From an uncultured Gammaproteobacteria bacterium (GTDB lineage: Bacteria > Patescibacteriota > Patescibacteriia > UBA9934), in NCBI GenBank assembly GCA_964355955.1, contig CAYHFQ010000004.1, forward strand, positions 1,162 through 65,161: a stretch of DNA of 64,000 nt, given 5' to 3'. Shown here in pieces: positions 1 to 10,511 of the stretch. Position numbers and translations under genes: made by a program. Position 1 is the first letter of the stretch. Each line of letters opens with the position of its first letter. The notes beneath the pieces were generated by a model. The model searched no databases. It saw only the letters and a program-made list of their open reading frames with translations, and had not been told where the DNA came from.

Positions 1-281
1 AATGGAGTGAAGAGCCAAAAGAATTCATCCGTCACGCGTTGGCTCCAAGTAAAATTACTTCGATTACGATTCATGACGATGAACGCTCGGCGACTGCACT
101 GGTGGCCGCTGATCAGTTGTCGTTGGCAATTGGCCGTGGTGGTCAGAACGTCCGTTTGGCTGCTAAGTTGACCGGTTGGAAGTTGAATATTCAGGAAGAC
201 GGCGCACCAAAAATTGCGGCCGCTGACGTAGAAGCAGCCGAGTCGTCCATTGAACCAATTCTTGAAGGGACAGCTGAATAA
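1..281 (+). CDS. nusA: Transcription termination/antitermination factor NusA, C-terminal fragment (5' end outside window)
   Basis: Frame 3 reads ...EEPKEFIRHALAPSKITSITI...LAIGRGGQNVRLAAKLTGWKLNIQ, the tandem KH-domain signature of NusA. Stop codon at 279-281. Confidence 0.7.
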   Translation, partial: WSEEPKEFIRHALAPSKITSITIHDDERSATALVAADQLSLAIGRGGQNVRLAAKLTGWKLNIQEDGAPKIAAADVEAAESSIEPILEGTAE

Positions 282-283
282 GT

Positions 284-1045
284 ATGGGAAATATCTTTTT
301 CACCATCCTTTACCAGCCGCTGTACAACTTGCTAGTTCTGCTATTTAACCTGATTCCGGGTGGTGGCTTGGGCTTGGCGATTATCATCATGACGGTCTCG
401 ATCAAGGGTATTTTGTTCCCGTTGACTTACAAGAGCATGAAGTCGCAAAAGGACATGCAGGAGATTCAACCGAAGATTGCGGAGATTAAGGCAAAGTACA
501 AGGATGATAAGGAAACGCAGGCTAAGGAGTTGATGAGCGTGTACAAGAATAACAAGGTAAATCCGTTTGCTTCTTGTTTGCCGACCATTATACAGTTAGT
601 GATTTTTATCACTTTGTATCAAGTGTTGCGTAACGGATTAGGTACGATTGATGCCGCTAATCTCTACTCATTCGTGTATAACCCGGGTGAAATGGGCCAC
701 TGGTTCCTAGGCATTGATCTTGGCAAGGTGTCCATTCCTCTGGCGGTAATTTCTGCGATTGCGCAGTATTTCCAGGCTAAACAGATGGTGGGAGCACGTC
801 CGCCGAAGGAGGTGCGCCAGACATCCGCGGCGATGGATGAAGATATGACGGCAACTATGAACCGAATGACGGTAATAATGTTGCCACTCATGACGTTGCT
901 GATTGGTGTGACTACGTTGCCTGGTGGCTTAACTTTGTACATCTTAATTTCGACGATAGTAACTTTTGGCTTGTACCATTTCTTCTTGGGCAAGACCAAG
1001 GCTACGCCTACTACGCCGGGAATAATTGACGTAGTCGCCAAATAA
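284..1045 (+). CDS. yidC: Membrane protein insertase YidC/Oxa1 family (short Gram-positive type)
   Basis: 253 aa, multi-TM. Conserved N-terminal LYQPLYNLLVLL and the lumenal region KSMKSQKDMQEIQPKIAEIKAKYKDDKETQAKELMSVYKNNKVNPFASCLP are typical of YidC. Confidence 0.8.
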   Translation: MGNIFFTILYQPLYNLLVLLFNLIPGGGLGLAIIIMTVSIKGILFPLTYKSMKSQKDMQEIQPKIAEIKAKYKDDKETQAKELMSVYKNNKVNPFASCLPTIIQLVIFITLYQVLRNGLGTIDAANLYSFVYNPGEMGHWFLGIDLGKVSIPLAVISAIAQYFQAKQMVGARPPKEVRQTSAAMDEDMTATMNRMTVIMLPLMTLLIGVTTLPGGLTLYILISTIVTFGLYHFFLGKTKATPTTPGIIDVVAK

Positions 1046-1072
1046 ACTGGATAGGGTACAATAGCTAGCGAT

Positions 1073-2086
1073 ATGGCTACAGCTAAACATCGTATTAAGA
1101 AGGCTCTGTTAATTCTGTTAGCTTTTTTGATTGGTGGCGGTTTGTTCGCCTTGCTAATTTGGCGTACAGGACCTACGGAAACCTATGATAGCTTAGTGAT
1201 GTTCGGGATCTTGCCGTGCTTAGGCTTCATTACAATCTCACTAACTAACTTTGTACTTTATAGTTTGCGTTGGAAGTTGATTACAGACGACATTGCGCCG
1301 ACGCACAAGCTGAGTTTGGGTCGCTTCTTCTTGCACCGGATGAGTGGTTATGCGGCTGGGTATTTGACGCCAGGCTCGCAGGTAGCTGGTGAGCCAATCA
1401 GGGTGGCAATGTTGGTGGGAGACGGTATTAGTGCAAAAGAAGCGACGAGTTCGGTGGTCCTGGACCTAGCCTTTGAAATTTCGGCCGTGGTGGCGTTCAT
1501 TATTTCCGGTATTATCATTGCGGTCAGTGAAGGACTCGGTGGTACTAAAGCGGTGGCTGGAGCAGGCGTCTTTATTGTAGTAATCGTGCTAATTCTGTTG
1601 GCTTTCTTTTGGCGCTTGGCTAAAGGGGATGGCTTCTTCTCGGCGTTAATGAGACTATTCCGCTTCAATAGGGTTAAGAAGATGAAAGGGGCATATGAAT
1701 GGTTGGTGGAAACGGAAGGCCTCATGAGTAAATTTTTTGCTGGTAAGAAGGCACGCTTGGCGTTAATTGTCTGCTTGAGCATTGTCATGGTGTCGTTCAA
1801 GGCGGTGGAGGCGTTCTTTATTACGCATTTCTTTGGGGTGCCAATTAGCTTCCGTGATGGTTTCTTGTTGGCGACGTTGCCAGGCCTCGCCCTGTTGTTG
1901 CCGGTACCAGGCGGTTTGGGAGTTTACGAGGGTAGTAATGCGGCTGTCTTCTCCATGCTTGGTTTGCAATTGAATGCGGTGGCTTATACGGCGATTATTC
2001 GTATTCGTGATTTCGTATTTATCATGATTGGTGTTATTCACGCGGTGCGTCGAGGAGAGAAGCTCATAGTCTCTGAACCTGTTTAA
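1073..2086 (+). CDS. Integral membrane protein, UPF0104 / lysyl-phosphatidylglycerol-synthase TM-region-like family (flippase-like)
   Basis: 337 aa, about 8 predicted TM helices, basic N-terminus MATAKHRIKK followed by a hydrophobic run. The family assignment rests on topology and length only. Confidence 0.35.
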   Translation: MATAKHRIKKALLILLAFLIGGGLFALLIWRTGPTETYDSLVMFGILPCLGFITISLTNFVLYSLRWKLITDDIAPTHKLSLGRFFLHRMSGYAAGYLTPGSQVAGEPIRVAMLVGDGISAKEATSSVVLDLAFEISAVVAFIISGIIIAVSEGLGGTKAVAGAGVFIVVIVLILLAFFWRLAKGDGFFSALMRLFRFNRVKKMKGAYEWLVETEGLMSKFFAGKKARLALIVCLSIVMVSFKAVEAFFITHFFGVPISFRDGFLLATLPGLALLLPVPGGLGVYEGSNAAVFSMLGLQLNAVAYTAIIRIRDFVFIMIGVIHAVRRGEKLIVSEPV

Positions 2087-2087
2087 T

Positions 2088-3014
2088 ATGTTCACCGAAC
2101 CCGAAAGCATATCGCTCGCTTCGGTGCTCGAGTGGGATTGTTTTAGAGTGCTGGCTTATTTTGCGTATTTTAAATATCCGTTGACGGCGTTTGAGGTGTG
2201 GAAGTGGCTATATGCGCCGGAAGGAAAGTGGGCGTTGGCTGAGGTGGTAGATGTACTCCAGAATTCTAGTTGGCTGAATGAACGAGTGAGTAGTAAGAAC
2301 GGGTTTTATGCGCTCGGCACAAGTATTGACGAACAGCTGCAAGATAGGCAATTGCGCTTACATGATGCTTTGCGGAAGTATGGGGTGCTGGCACCGGTGT
2401 TGAAATATTTGGGACGTTTGCCCTTTGTAGAAGGGGTGTTTGTCTGTAACTCGCTAGCTTGGCAGCACACCAATGCGGAGAGTGATATTGATTTGTTTAT
2501 AGTGACGCGGCCAGGTCGAGTATGGACGGTTAGACTACTAGCCGTGGCGATGATGGCGCTGCTGCGTAAACGCCCAGGGGAAGCGAAGATTGACCCGGTT
2601 TGTTGTAGTTTTTTTGTAGATTGTGATCACCTGGATTTGGCGTCGCTTAAAATTGACGAACAGGACCCGTATTTAGCTTTTTGGTTGGCTACTTTGGTGC
2701 CAATGGTGGATAAAAAGGGGATTGCGACTAGGTTGCGGGTAATGAACAGGTGGGTCGACGAGGTACTACCGAATGCTAAGAGCGTGGTACGAGTTAGCCG
2801 TTGGCTGCCGAAACAGATGAAAGCCTGGCCGTTGCCGATCCTGGCCGAAGCGAAGTCGCGGGAAATACAGGAGAAGAGGTTTACTGGTGTCATTCGAGAA
2901 ATGAGGAATGTTGATACGCGGGTGGTAGTCAATGATTTTATGTTAAAATTCCATGAGAATGATAGACGGGCTGAGATTATTCAAGCTTTAGCAGATACTC
3001 TATGCGCTTCTTAA
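2088..3014 (+). CDS. Hypothetical protein (contains ESDIDLFIV nucleotidyltransferase-like acidic motif)
   Basis: 308-aa ORF placed tightly between two membrane glycan-related genes. I recognise no confident family. Confidence 0.4.
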   Translation: MFTEPESISLASVLEWDCFRVLAYFAYFKYPLTAFEVWKWLYAPEGKWALAEVVDVLQNSSWLNERVSSKNGFYALGTSIDEQLQDRQLRLHDALRKYGVLAPVLKYLGRLPFVEGVFVCNSLAWQHTNAESDIDLFIVTRPGRVWTVRLLAVAMMALLRKRPGEAKIDPVCCSFFVDCDHLDLASLKIDEQDPYLAFWLATLVPMVDKKGIATRLRVMNRWVDEVLPNAKSVVRVSRWLPKQMKAWPLPILAEAKSREIQEKRFTGVIREMRNVDTRVVVNDFMLKFHENDRRAEIIQALADTLCAS

Positions 3015-4315
3015 AGGAATTTTTTGCTAAGTATAGTTGGTTGACGTGGTGGCTGACGGCTTTCTTCTTTTTGCTGCCGTGGCAGACACATTATCTTTTT
3101 GCGACGACCTTGATTGGTGGCGTGGCCTCGCCGTTTGGAGACGTGAGTTTGTATGTGACTGAAGTGTTTTTGTGGGTTGGCGTGTTGGCCTCGTTTGTGA
3201 GAAAGCAAGACAGGCCTAAGTTTGACGTTTCGAGTAAGAAGCCGTTGTTGTTTGCCGCCTTGGTGTTTGTGATGGCGACGTTGTCAGTGATGGGGAGCGC
3301 TCACGAGTCAATTTCGTTCGCGATGCTGTTGCACTTGGCCTCGGCTTTGGCGGTGTTTGTGATGTTATTGAGCAGGAAAGTTGAATGGCGGCCGATTTTG
3401 GCTGGCTTTGGTTTGGGCTTGGTGGTTCCGGCAGTTGTCGGGGTTTGGCAGATTGTGGTTGATTGGTCGCCAGCATCGACGATTTTTGGCTTGGCCAGCC
3501 GAGATGCGAATAATTTAGGTGATGCAATTACGCTCAAAAATGGCGTGCGCGAACTGCGGGCTTATGGCAGCTTTCCACACCCGAATATTTTCGCTGGTTA
3601 CTTGGCGGTTGGCGTGTTGTGTTTGCGGACGCTGTTGATTCGAGCGAAGAAGGGAAATTATCGACGGATGCTGCTGGCGAGCATGTTACTGCTGACAATT
3701 TTGTTGGTTTATACAGGGTCGCGCTCGGCCATGCTCGGCTTGCTGCTCGGCATTGGTTTGGCGGCGTTCGTGACGTATTACAAGAATACGGCCAAGGCGA
3801 GAATACTGGTGGTGCCAATCGCGCTTGTGGTGATTGGTGGCGCCTTGCTTGGCACGTTTTTGGCGCCGAATATTGCGGCTTCATTGCGTGGCGGGGGAGT
3901 ATTCGAGGATCAATCGGTTAGTGACAGAGTAGCGCAGTATACAGCGTATCCGGCAATGATTGGCCGTGATGTTGGGCAAGTGCTGGTTGGGTCAGGCATT
4001 GGCACTTATGCCATGACTTGGTCTGAAGTTAAACCAGGCCAGTCAGTGTGGGATTACGAGCCGATTCATAATATTCCGTTCTTGATTTTGGCGGAAATTG
4101 GCTTGCTTGGCTTGATTGCGGTGCTACTGTGGGCGTCGTCGATTGATAAGATTAACTTTGCACGCTTCCCGAACCATGACGCCTTGATGGCGTTTGCGAT
4201 GGGGAATGTGGTGCTCGTCATTCTTTTCTTCGATCATTACATTTGGTCGAGTTATGCGGGGCTCGTATTGATTGCGTTCGTGATGGCGCTGACTGTACGA
4301 ATGGGAGAGAAATAG
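3002..4315 (+). CDS. O-antigen ligase (Wzy_C) family polytopic membrane protein
   Basis: 437 aa with more than 10 TM helices. The motif YTGSRSAMLGLLLGIGLAAF resembles the conserved Wzy_C/WaaL loop. Confidence 0.5.
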   Translation: MRFLKEFFAKYSWLTWWLTAFFFLLPWQTHYLFATTLIGGVASPFGDVSLYVTEVFLWVGVLASFVRKQDRPKFDVSSKKPLLFAALVFVMATLSVMGSAHESISFAMLLHLASALAVFVMLLSRKVEWRPILAGFGLGLVVPAVVGVWQIVVDWSPASTIFGLASRDANNLGDAITLKNGVRELRAYGSFPHPNIFAGYLAVGVLCLRTLLIRAKKGNYRRMLLASMLLLTILLVYTGSRSAMLGLLLGIGLAAFVTYYKNTAKARILVVPIALVVIGGALLGTFLAPNIAASLRGGGVFEDQSVSDRVAQYTAYPAMIGRDVGQVLVGSGIGTYAMTWSEVKPGQSVWDYEPIHNIPFLILAEIGLLGLIAVLLWASSIDKINFARFPNHDALMAFAMGNVVLVILFFDHYIWSSYAGLVLIAFVMALTVRMGEK

Positions 4316-4316
4316 A

Positions 4317-4463
4317 CGCTCGCAACCGCCGTATCTCCTGTTCCTAGCTGCGCCTCGTCAACCGTGCCAGCCGGCTCACCTCGTATGACTCGGGGGTTGG
4401 CACAGGGCCGAGGCTGGCGTCGTCACAGGAGACACGACAGTCGTTCGCTTCTACAAGGCTCTG
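4317..4463 (+). repeat. Family-1 GC-rich structured intergenic repeat, copy A
   Basis: About 150 nt starting 2 nt after the stop codon. Shares CGCTCGCAACCG...TTCCTAGCTGCGCCTCGTCAACCG...GTCTCACCTCGTATGACTCGGG...CAGGGCCGAGGCTGGCGTCGTCACAGGAGACA...CTACAAGGCTCTG with the copies at 4838, 57884 and 60447. Confidence 0.85.
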
Positions 4464-4481
4464 ACCCTAAGAATTTACGAT

Positions 4482-4508
4482 TTGGCAGTCATTGACAATG
4501 AGTGCCAA
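4482..4508 (+). promoter_or_regulatory. CIRCE-like inverted repeat (HrcA operator) upstream of groES
   Basis: TTGGCAGTC-N9-GAGTGCCAA versus consensus TTAGCACTC-N9-GAGTGCTAA. It sits 40 nt upstream of the groES start, with TTGACA hexamers nearby. Confidence 0.7.
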
Positions 4509-4547
4509 TTTTGACAATATGAGGTTGAAAACTTAACTGATATTTCT

Positions 4548-4835
4548 ATGCAATTAAGACCGCTCGGAGGACATATCATTGTTGAGGCTAAGGTAAAAGA
4601 AAGTAAGACCGCTTCGGGGATTTTTTTGCCAGAGAATGAGGAAAAACAGCCGGAACAGGGTAAAGTGATTGCTGTCGGTCCGGGCAAGTTTTTGGAGAAT
4701 GGGATGAGGCAGATTATAGAAGTGAAGGTTGGCGATACCATCGTTTTTAAAAAATATGGGCCGGATGAGGTGGAGGTTGAAGGGAAGAAGTTTTTAGTGG
4801 TCGCCGCGGAAGATATTATGGCAGTGATTGAATAG
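4548..4835 (+). CDS. groES: Co-chaperonin GroES
   Basis: 95 aa reading MQLRPLGGHIIVEAKVKESKTASGIFLPE...KVIAVGPG, a full-length GroES match. Confidence 0.95.
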   Translation: MQLRPLGGHIIVEAKVKESKTASGIFLPENEEKQPEQGKVIAVGPGKFLENGMRQIIEVKVGDTIVFKKYGPDEVEVEGKKFLVVAAEDIMAVIE

Positions 4836-4837
4836 TT

Positions 4838-4985
4838 CGCTCGCAACCGCCGTATCTCCTGTTCCTAGCTGCACCTCGTCAACCGTAACGGCCGTCTCAC
4901 CTCGTATGACTCGGGCGCCGTTACAGGGCCGAGGCTGGCGTCGTCACAGGAGACACGGCAGTCGCTCGCTCCTACAAGGCTCTGG
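4838..4985 (+). repeat. Family-1 structured intergenic repeat, copy B (inside the groES-groEL spacer)
   Basis: Near-identical to copy A. The internal stem differs (CCGTAACGGC/GCCGTTACAGG here versus GTGCCAG/TTGGCAC in A), which is a compensatory change. Confidence 0.85.
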
Positions 4986-5001
4986 CTCATGAATGATTTA
5001 A

Positions 5002-6663
<1,662 letters not shown>

Positions 6664-6860
6664 CTTCGTAACTCGTACAGCTTCTCGTTCGGCCTTCATC
6701 GGGTCCTGCCGACTGCGGACCCCATTGGGTGCTCACTAGCGTTGCGCGCCCAATAGGGGACCCCCCTCCGTGTCACCCGATTAGAGGAAGCTTGTTTACG
6801 AGGCCTTCTCTCGAAGCTATTCTCCACGCTAAAGGCCTCCGTCACACTAAAAAGTTTAAT
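6664..6860 (+). other. GC-rich multi-hairpin intergenic element (possible structured RNA / leader)
   Basis: Hairpins GGGTCC-N10-GGACCC and CCCCATTGGG/CCCAATAGGGG, plus AGCTTCG...CGAAGCT. GC is well above the flanking sequence. It lies between the groEL stop and the prfB leader. Confidence 0.35.
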
Positions 6861-6899
6861 CTACTTTCTACCCTCTACAATCTACCAACCTATTACCCT

Positions 6900-8018
6900 A
6901 TGTCCCACCTCCGTAATCGCTTAAAAGAATTAGAGAATAGGCTCGCGAAGGCGACGGTGGCTTTGGGTTTAGAAGTGTCGAGGGCGAGGATTGCGGAGAT
7001 TGAGGGGGAGATGAATGACCCGGCTTTTTGGAGTGAGCAGGCAAAGGCCCGCATGGTGTCGCAGGAGTCGGCGGAATTGAAGAAAGAGCTAGCTGAGTTT
7101 GATTCGGTTAAGAAAGAATTAGCGGATTTAGATGCGCTCGATAAAATGGCGGAGGAAGAAAATGATGATGAGATGCTGAAGGAGGAAGAGGTGGCGTTGA
7201 CGGTTTTGGAGGCAAAGTTTGCCAAAATGGAGTTCCAGATGCTGCTCAGCGGTGAGTATGACCAGCGCAATGCGATTATGTCATTTCATGCCGGAGCAGG
7301 CGGTACTGATGCGCTCGATTGGGTGGCGATGTTGATTAGGATGTATGCCCGATTTGCGGAGACGCATGATTGGACGTTCGAGGTACTCGATGAATCGCGG
7401 GGTGAAGAAACGGGCTATAAGAGCGCGACGATTGCGGTGCGCGGCAGGTTTGCTTACGGTTGGCTGCGGAGTGAAGCTGGCGTCCACCGCTTGGTGCGTA
7501 TTTCACCGTTTGATGCGGAGAAGATGCGACACACCACGTTTGCGCTAGTGGAGGTGCTGCCGGAGTTTGAGGAGGTGGATGAAAAGAATCTGGTGATACC
7601 GGACGATGACTTGCGGATTGATACGTTCTTGTCTTCGGGCAAGGGTGGGCAGTCGGTAAATACCACATATTCCGCGGTACGAATTACGCATTTACCAACG
7701 GGGATCGCGGTGTCGTGTCAAAATGAGCGTTCGCAGTCACAGAATAAAGAGACGGCCATGCGGGTGTTGAAGTCCCGGCTCCACGCGATTATGGTGAAGG
7801 AACGGGCGGCGGCACTGAGCGATATTAAAGGCGAACACAAGAGTGCAGAATGGGGCAATCAGATTAGGAGTTACGTATTGCACCCATATAAGCTGGTAAA
7901 GGATCACCGCACAGACGTGGAGACGGTGGATACGGAAGCGGTGTTGGGTGGCGGTTTAACCCAGTTTATGGAGGCTTATTTGCGAATGGATGCGGAAGTG
8001 CGGAATGGTGTTGCCTAG
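6900..8018 (+). CDS. prfB: Peptide chain release factor 2
   Basis: SPF motif (ISPFDAEK) and GGQ motif (GKGGQSVNTTYSAVRITHLPTGI). One continuous frame with no +1 frameshift site. The track ORF starting at 6729 has a 57-aa non-homologous extension, so I chose the ATG at 6900. Confidence 0.85.
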   Translation: MSHLRNRLKELENRLAKATVALGLEVSRARIAEIEGEMNDPAFWSEQAKARMVSQESAELKKELAEFDSVKKELADLDALDKMAEEENDDEMLKEEEVALTVLEAKFAKMEFQMLLSGEYDQRNAIMSFHAGAGGTDALDWVAMLIRMYARFAETHDWTFEVLDESRGEETGYKSATIAVRGRFAYGWLRSEAGVHRLVRISPFDAEKMRHTTFALVEVLPEFEEVDEKNLVIPDDDLRIDTFLSSGKGGQSVNTTYSAVRITHLPTGIAVSCQNERSQSQNKETAMRVLKSRLHAIMVKERAAALSDIKGEHKSAEWGNQIRSYVLHPYKLVKDHRTDVETVDTEAVLGGGLTQFMEAYLRMDAEVRNGVA

Positions 8019-8049
8019 AGATGCGAAGAGTGTTACTTTGGATAAATCT

Positions 8050-8973
8050 ATGGCGTACTCGAAAGTAATCGTAACTGGCGGGGCGGGGTTTATTGGCTCG
8101 CATTTAGTTGATGCTTTGGTGGCCAAGGGCTGCCAAGTTGTTGTGTTAGATAAAGAAGCTCCGAATGAGGAGAGGCGCAATGTGGCGGCGAAGTATGAGC
8201 AGTGTGATATTCGTGATGCGGTCGTGCGAGAGATTTTTATTACTGAGCAGCCGGAAGTAGTTTTTCATTTGGCGGCGCATGTTGATGATAGGGAATCGGT
8301 GAAGGAGCCAGTCATGAATGCGGAGAATAATATCATTGGTTCATTGAACGTTTTTGAGGCGGCGCGATTAGTCGGAATAAAAAAGATTATTTTTCCGTCG
8401 ACGAGTGTGGTTTACGGCTCGGCGGAAATGAGGCCGACGAGTGAAGACGAACTGCCTAAGCCGTTAACACCGTACGCGGTGTCGAAGCTAGCTGGTGAAC
8501 GTTATTTGCATTGTTACCGCGCTTTGTATGGTGTCGACTATGTGGCTTTGCGTTTGAGTAATGTTTACGGGCCAAGGCAGGACGGCAGTAAAGAATGTGG
8601 AGCGATGGCGATTTTTACCAGCAAGTTGTTGGCTGGGGAACCGGTCAAGATGAATAATGACGGCTTGACGACGCGTGATTATGTTTATGTAAGCGACGTG
8701 ATAGAGGCAATGCTGGCGGCGGCTGAGAGCGAGGCTACGGGCGTTTATAATATTGGAACGGGAGTTGCTACGTCGACGAATGAGCTGTTGGCTATGGTGG
8801 TAAAAGAGCTTGGTGTGATGCCAGAAATTGTGGCTCGACCAGAAGTAATGGATGAGGTGAAGCACGTCGCACTTGAGGCTACGAAGGCTAAGAATGAGTT
8901 TAGTTGGACGCCGCAAGTGCGGTTGGCCGATGGGCTAGCGTCGACGATTGCTTGGTATAAAGCTCGCTTATGA
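8050..8973 (+). CDS. NAD-dependent epimerase/dehydratase (UDP-sugar 4-epimerase-like)
   Basis: Rossmann motif VTGGAGFIGSHLVDAL and catalytic YAVSKLAGE (YxxxK). Start moved to the ATG at 8050 (MAYSKVIV). Confidence 0.8.
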   Translation: MAYSKVIVTGGAGFIGSHLVDALVAKGCQVVVLDKEAPNEERRNVAAKYEQCDIRDAVVREIFITEQPEVVFHLAAHVDDRESVKEPVMNAENNIIGSLNVFEAARLVGIKKIIFPSTSVVYGSAEMRPTSEDELPKPLTPYAVSKLAGERYLHCYRALYGVDYVALRLSNVYGPRQDGSKECGAMAIFTSKLLAGEPVKMNNDGLTTRDYVYVSDVIEAMLAAAESEATGVYNIGTGVATSTNELLAMVVKELGVMPEIVARPEVMDEVKHVALEATKAKNEFSWTPQVRLADGLASTIAWYKARL

Positions 8974-9902
8974 AAGTTTTAGTCACAGGTGGAGCTGGGT
9001 TTGTGGGGTCACATCTGGTAGATGGCTTGGTTGAGGCTGGCTATGACGTGGTAGTGGTGGACCATCACCAGCGGGAGAAGTTACGTTATCCGAATGAAAA
9101 AACGGTGGTCTATAAAATTGCTTTTAATGATCCGCAGATGGCGGACGTATTGGCGGATGAAAAGCCGGACGTGATTTGTCATTTGGCGGCGCAGATTAGT
9201 GTGACCAAGTCGATTGCCGATCCGTTGTTTGATGCCGATCGTAACATTGTTGATTCATTGCAGCTGTTGGAACGAGCACGCTTGGCTGGGGTCAAGAAAA
9301 TCGTCTTTGCTTCGAGTGGAGGAGCGATTTATGGCGATTATGCGGTGCGACCGACGCCACTAGCGGAAGATAGTCAGCCGACCACGCCGTATGGTGTGAG
9401 TAAACAGGTTTTTGAATATTATTTGGCAGCCTATTACAAAATGTATGGGTTGGACTACGTGGCGCTGCGTTTTGCGAATATTTACGGGCCACGTCAACAG
9501 GCGAGCAAACTGGGAGAAGAGGGCAATGTGATCTCCATCTTTTTGAACCGTTTGTTGACGGGGAAGCCAGTGACAATTTTTGGTGATGGATCCGCTTCGC
9601 GCGATTATTTGTTCGTGTTGGATGCGGTGCAGGCGTTTATTCGGGCGATTGAGAGCGATTACGTGGGGAAGGTGAACGTTAGTACGAGTGAGGAGACTTC
9701 GGTGCAAGAGTTGTTCGATAAAATGGTGGCCATTCACGGGACGAAACACGAGGCGGATTACGAGCCGTTTCGTAATGGGGAGACCATGAGAAGTGTGCTC
9801 GATAACTCGTCGGCTAAGGCATTTTTGGGTTGGGAGCCGGAAACGAGTCTCGACGAAGGGTTGAAAGAGACGTACGATTGGTTCATGCAGGTTTTTAAGT
9901 AA
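8970..9902 (+). CDS. NAD-dependent epimerase/dehydratase, second paralogue
   Basis: MKVLVTGGAGFVGSHLVDGL...YGVSKQVFEYY (YxxxK). Overlaps the upstream stop by 4 nt. Confidence 0.8.
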   Translation: MKVLVTGGAGFVGSHLVDGLVEAGYDVVVVDHHQREKLRYPNEKTVVYKIAFNDPQMADVLADEKPDVICHLAAQISVTKSIADPLFDADRNIVDSLQLLERARLAGVKKIVFASSGGAIYGDYAVRPTPLAEDSQPTTPYGVSKQVFEYYLAAYYKMYGLDYVALRFANIYGPRQQASKLGEEGNVISIFLNRLLTGKPVTIFGDGSASRDYLFVLDAVQAFIRAIESDYVGKVNVSTSEETSVQELFDKMVAIHGTKHEADYEPFRNGETMRSVLDNSSAKAFLGWEPETSLDEGLKETYDWFMQVFK

Positions 9903-9905
9903 AAT

Positions 9906-10511
9906 ATGAAACGTTTAACCGTGGACGATATTGAGGAAGCGATTACCCTCCTGAAGAATGGAGGAGTTATTGTGTATCCAACGGAAACGTCATACGGTTT
10001 GGGTTGTGATGCGACAAATTTGGCGGCAGTGGAAAGGATTTTTGCGATCAAGGGGCGGCCGGAGAGTAAAGCATTGTCGGTAATTTTACCGTCGCTTAAA
10101 GAGGCGACTAAGTATGTTATTTTGCGGACGTATTCTAGCCGTTTAGCCGCACATTATTGGCCAGGGCCATTTACGTTGGTGTCGGAAAAGCAACCAGCGT
10201 CGCCCTTGTCACCGCATTGTGCTAGGCGAAATAGGCATGCGGTACGAGTTTCGTCGCATCCGGTGGCAGCAGCTTTGGCAGTAGGCTTGGGTGTGCCGAT
10301 TGTGGCTACGAGTGCCAATATTTCTGGAACAAAGGATATTTATAATATTGCTGACGTTTTGGCGACGTATGAGGGTTCGGCAAATGAGCCGGATGCCTAT
10401 ATTGACGGGGGAGATTTGCCGGTGGTGCCGCCGAGTACAATTGTGGAGCTGGGTCAAGAAGGTTTTAAGGTATTGCGCCAAGGTGGCCTCGTAATTCGAC
10501 CAGTATGGTAG
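9906..10511 (+). CDS. tsaC: L-threonylcarbamoyladenylate synthase TsaC/YrdC family
   Basis: VIVYPTETSYGLGCDATNLAAVERIFAIKGRPESKALSV matches the YrdC/Sua5 core. Confidence 0.8.
   Translation: MKRLTVDDIEEAITLLKNGGVIVYPTETSYGLGCDATNLAAVERIFAIKGRPESKALSVILPSLKEATKYVILRTYSSRLAAHYWPGPFTLVSEKQPASPLSPHCARRNRHAVRVSSHPVAAALAVGLGVPIVATSANISGTKDIYNIADVLATYEGSANEPDAYIDGGDLPVVPPSTIVELGQEGFKVLRQGGLVIRPVW

Noticed and set aside
664-1041. 125-aa minus-strand ORF inside yidC, with similar antisense ORFs inside groEL, the 964-aa protein and the VirB4 gene
   Set aside because: They are fully nested antisense to strongly supported conserved genes, with no motifs.
6729-6899. 57-codon N-terminal extension of prfB in the ORF track
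   Set aside because: The extension translates the GC-rich hairpin element and the shared leader. RF2 homology begins at the ATG at 6900 (MSHLRNRLKELE).
6900-7100. Programmed +1 frameshift site expected in many prfB genes
   Set aside because: RF2 reads through in a single frame with no internal CUU-UGA-type site. A frameshift-less prfB is a known variant, so this is not reported as a finding.
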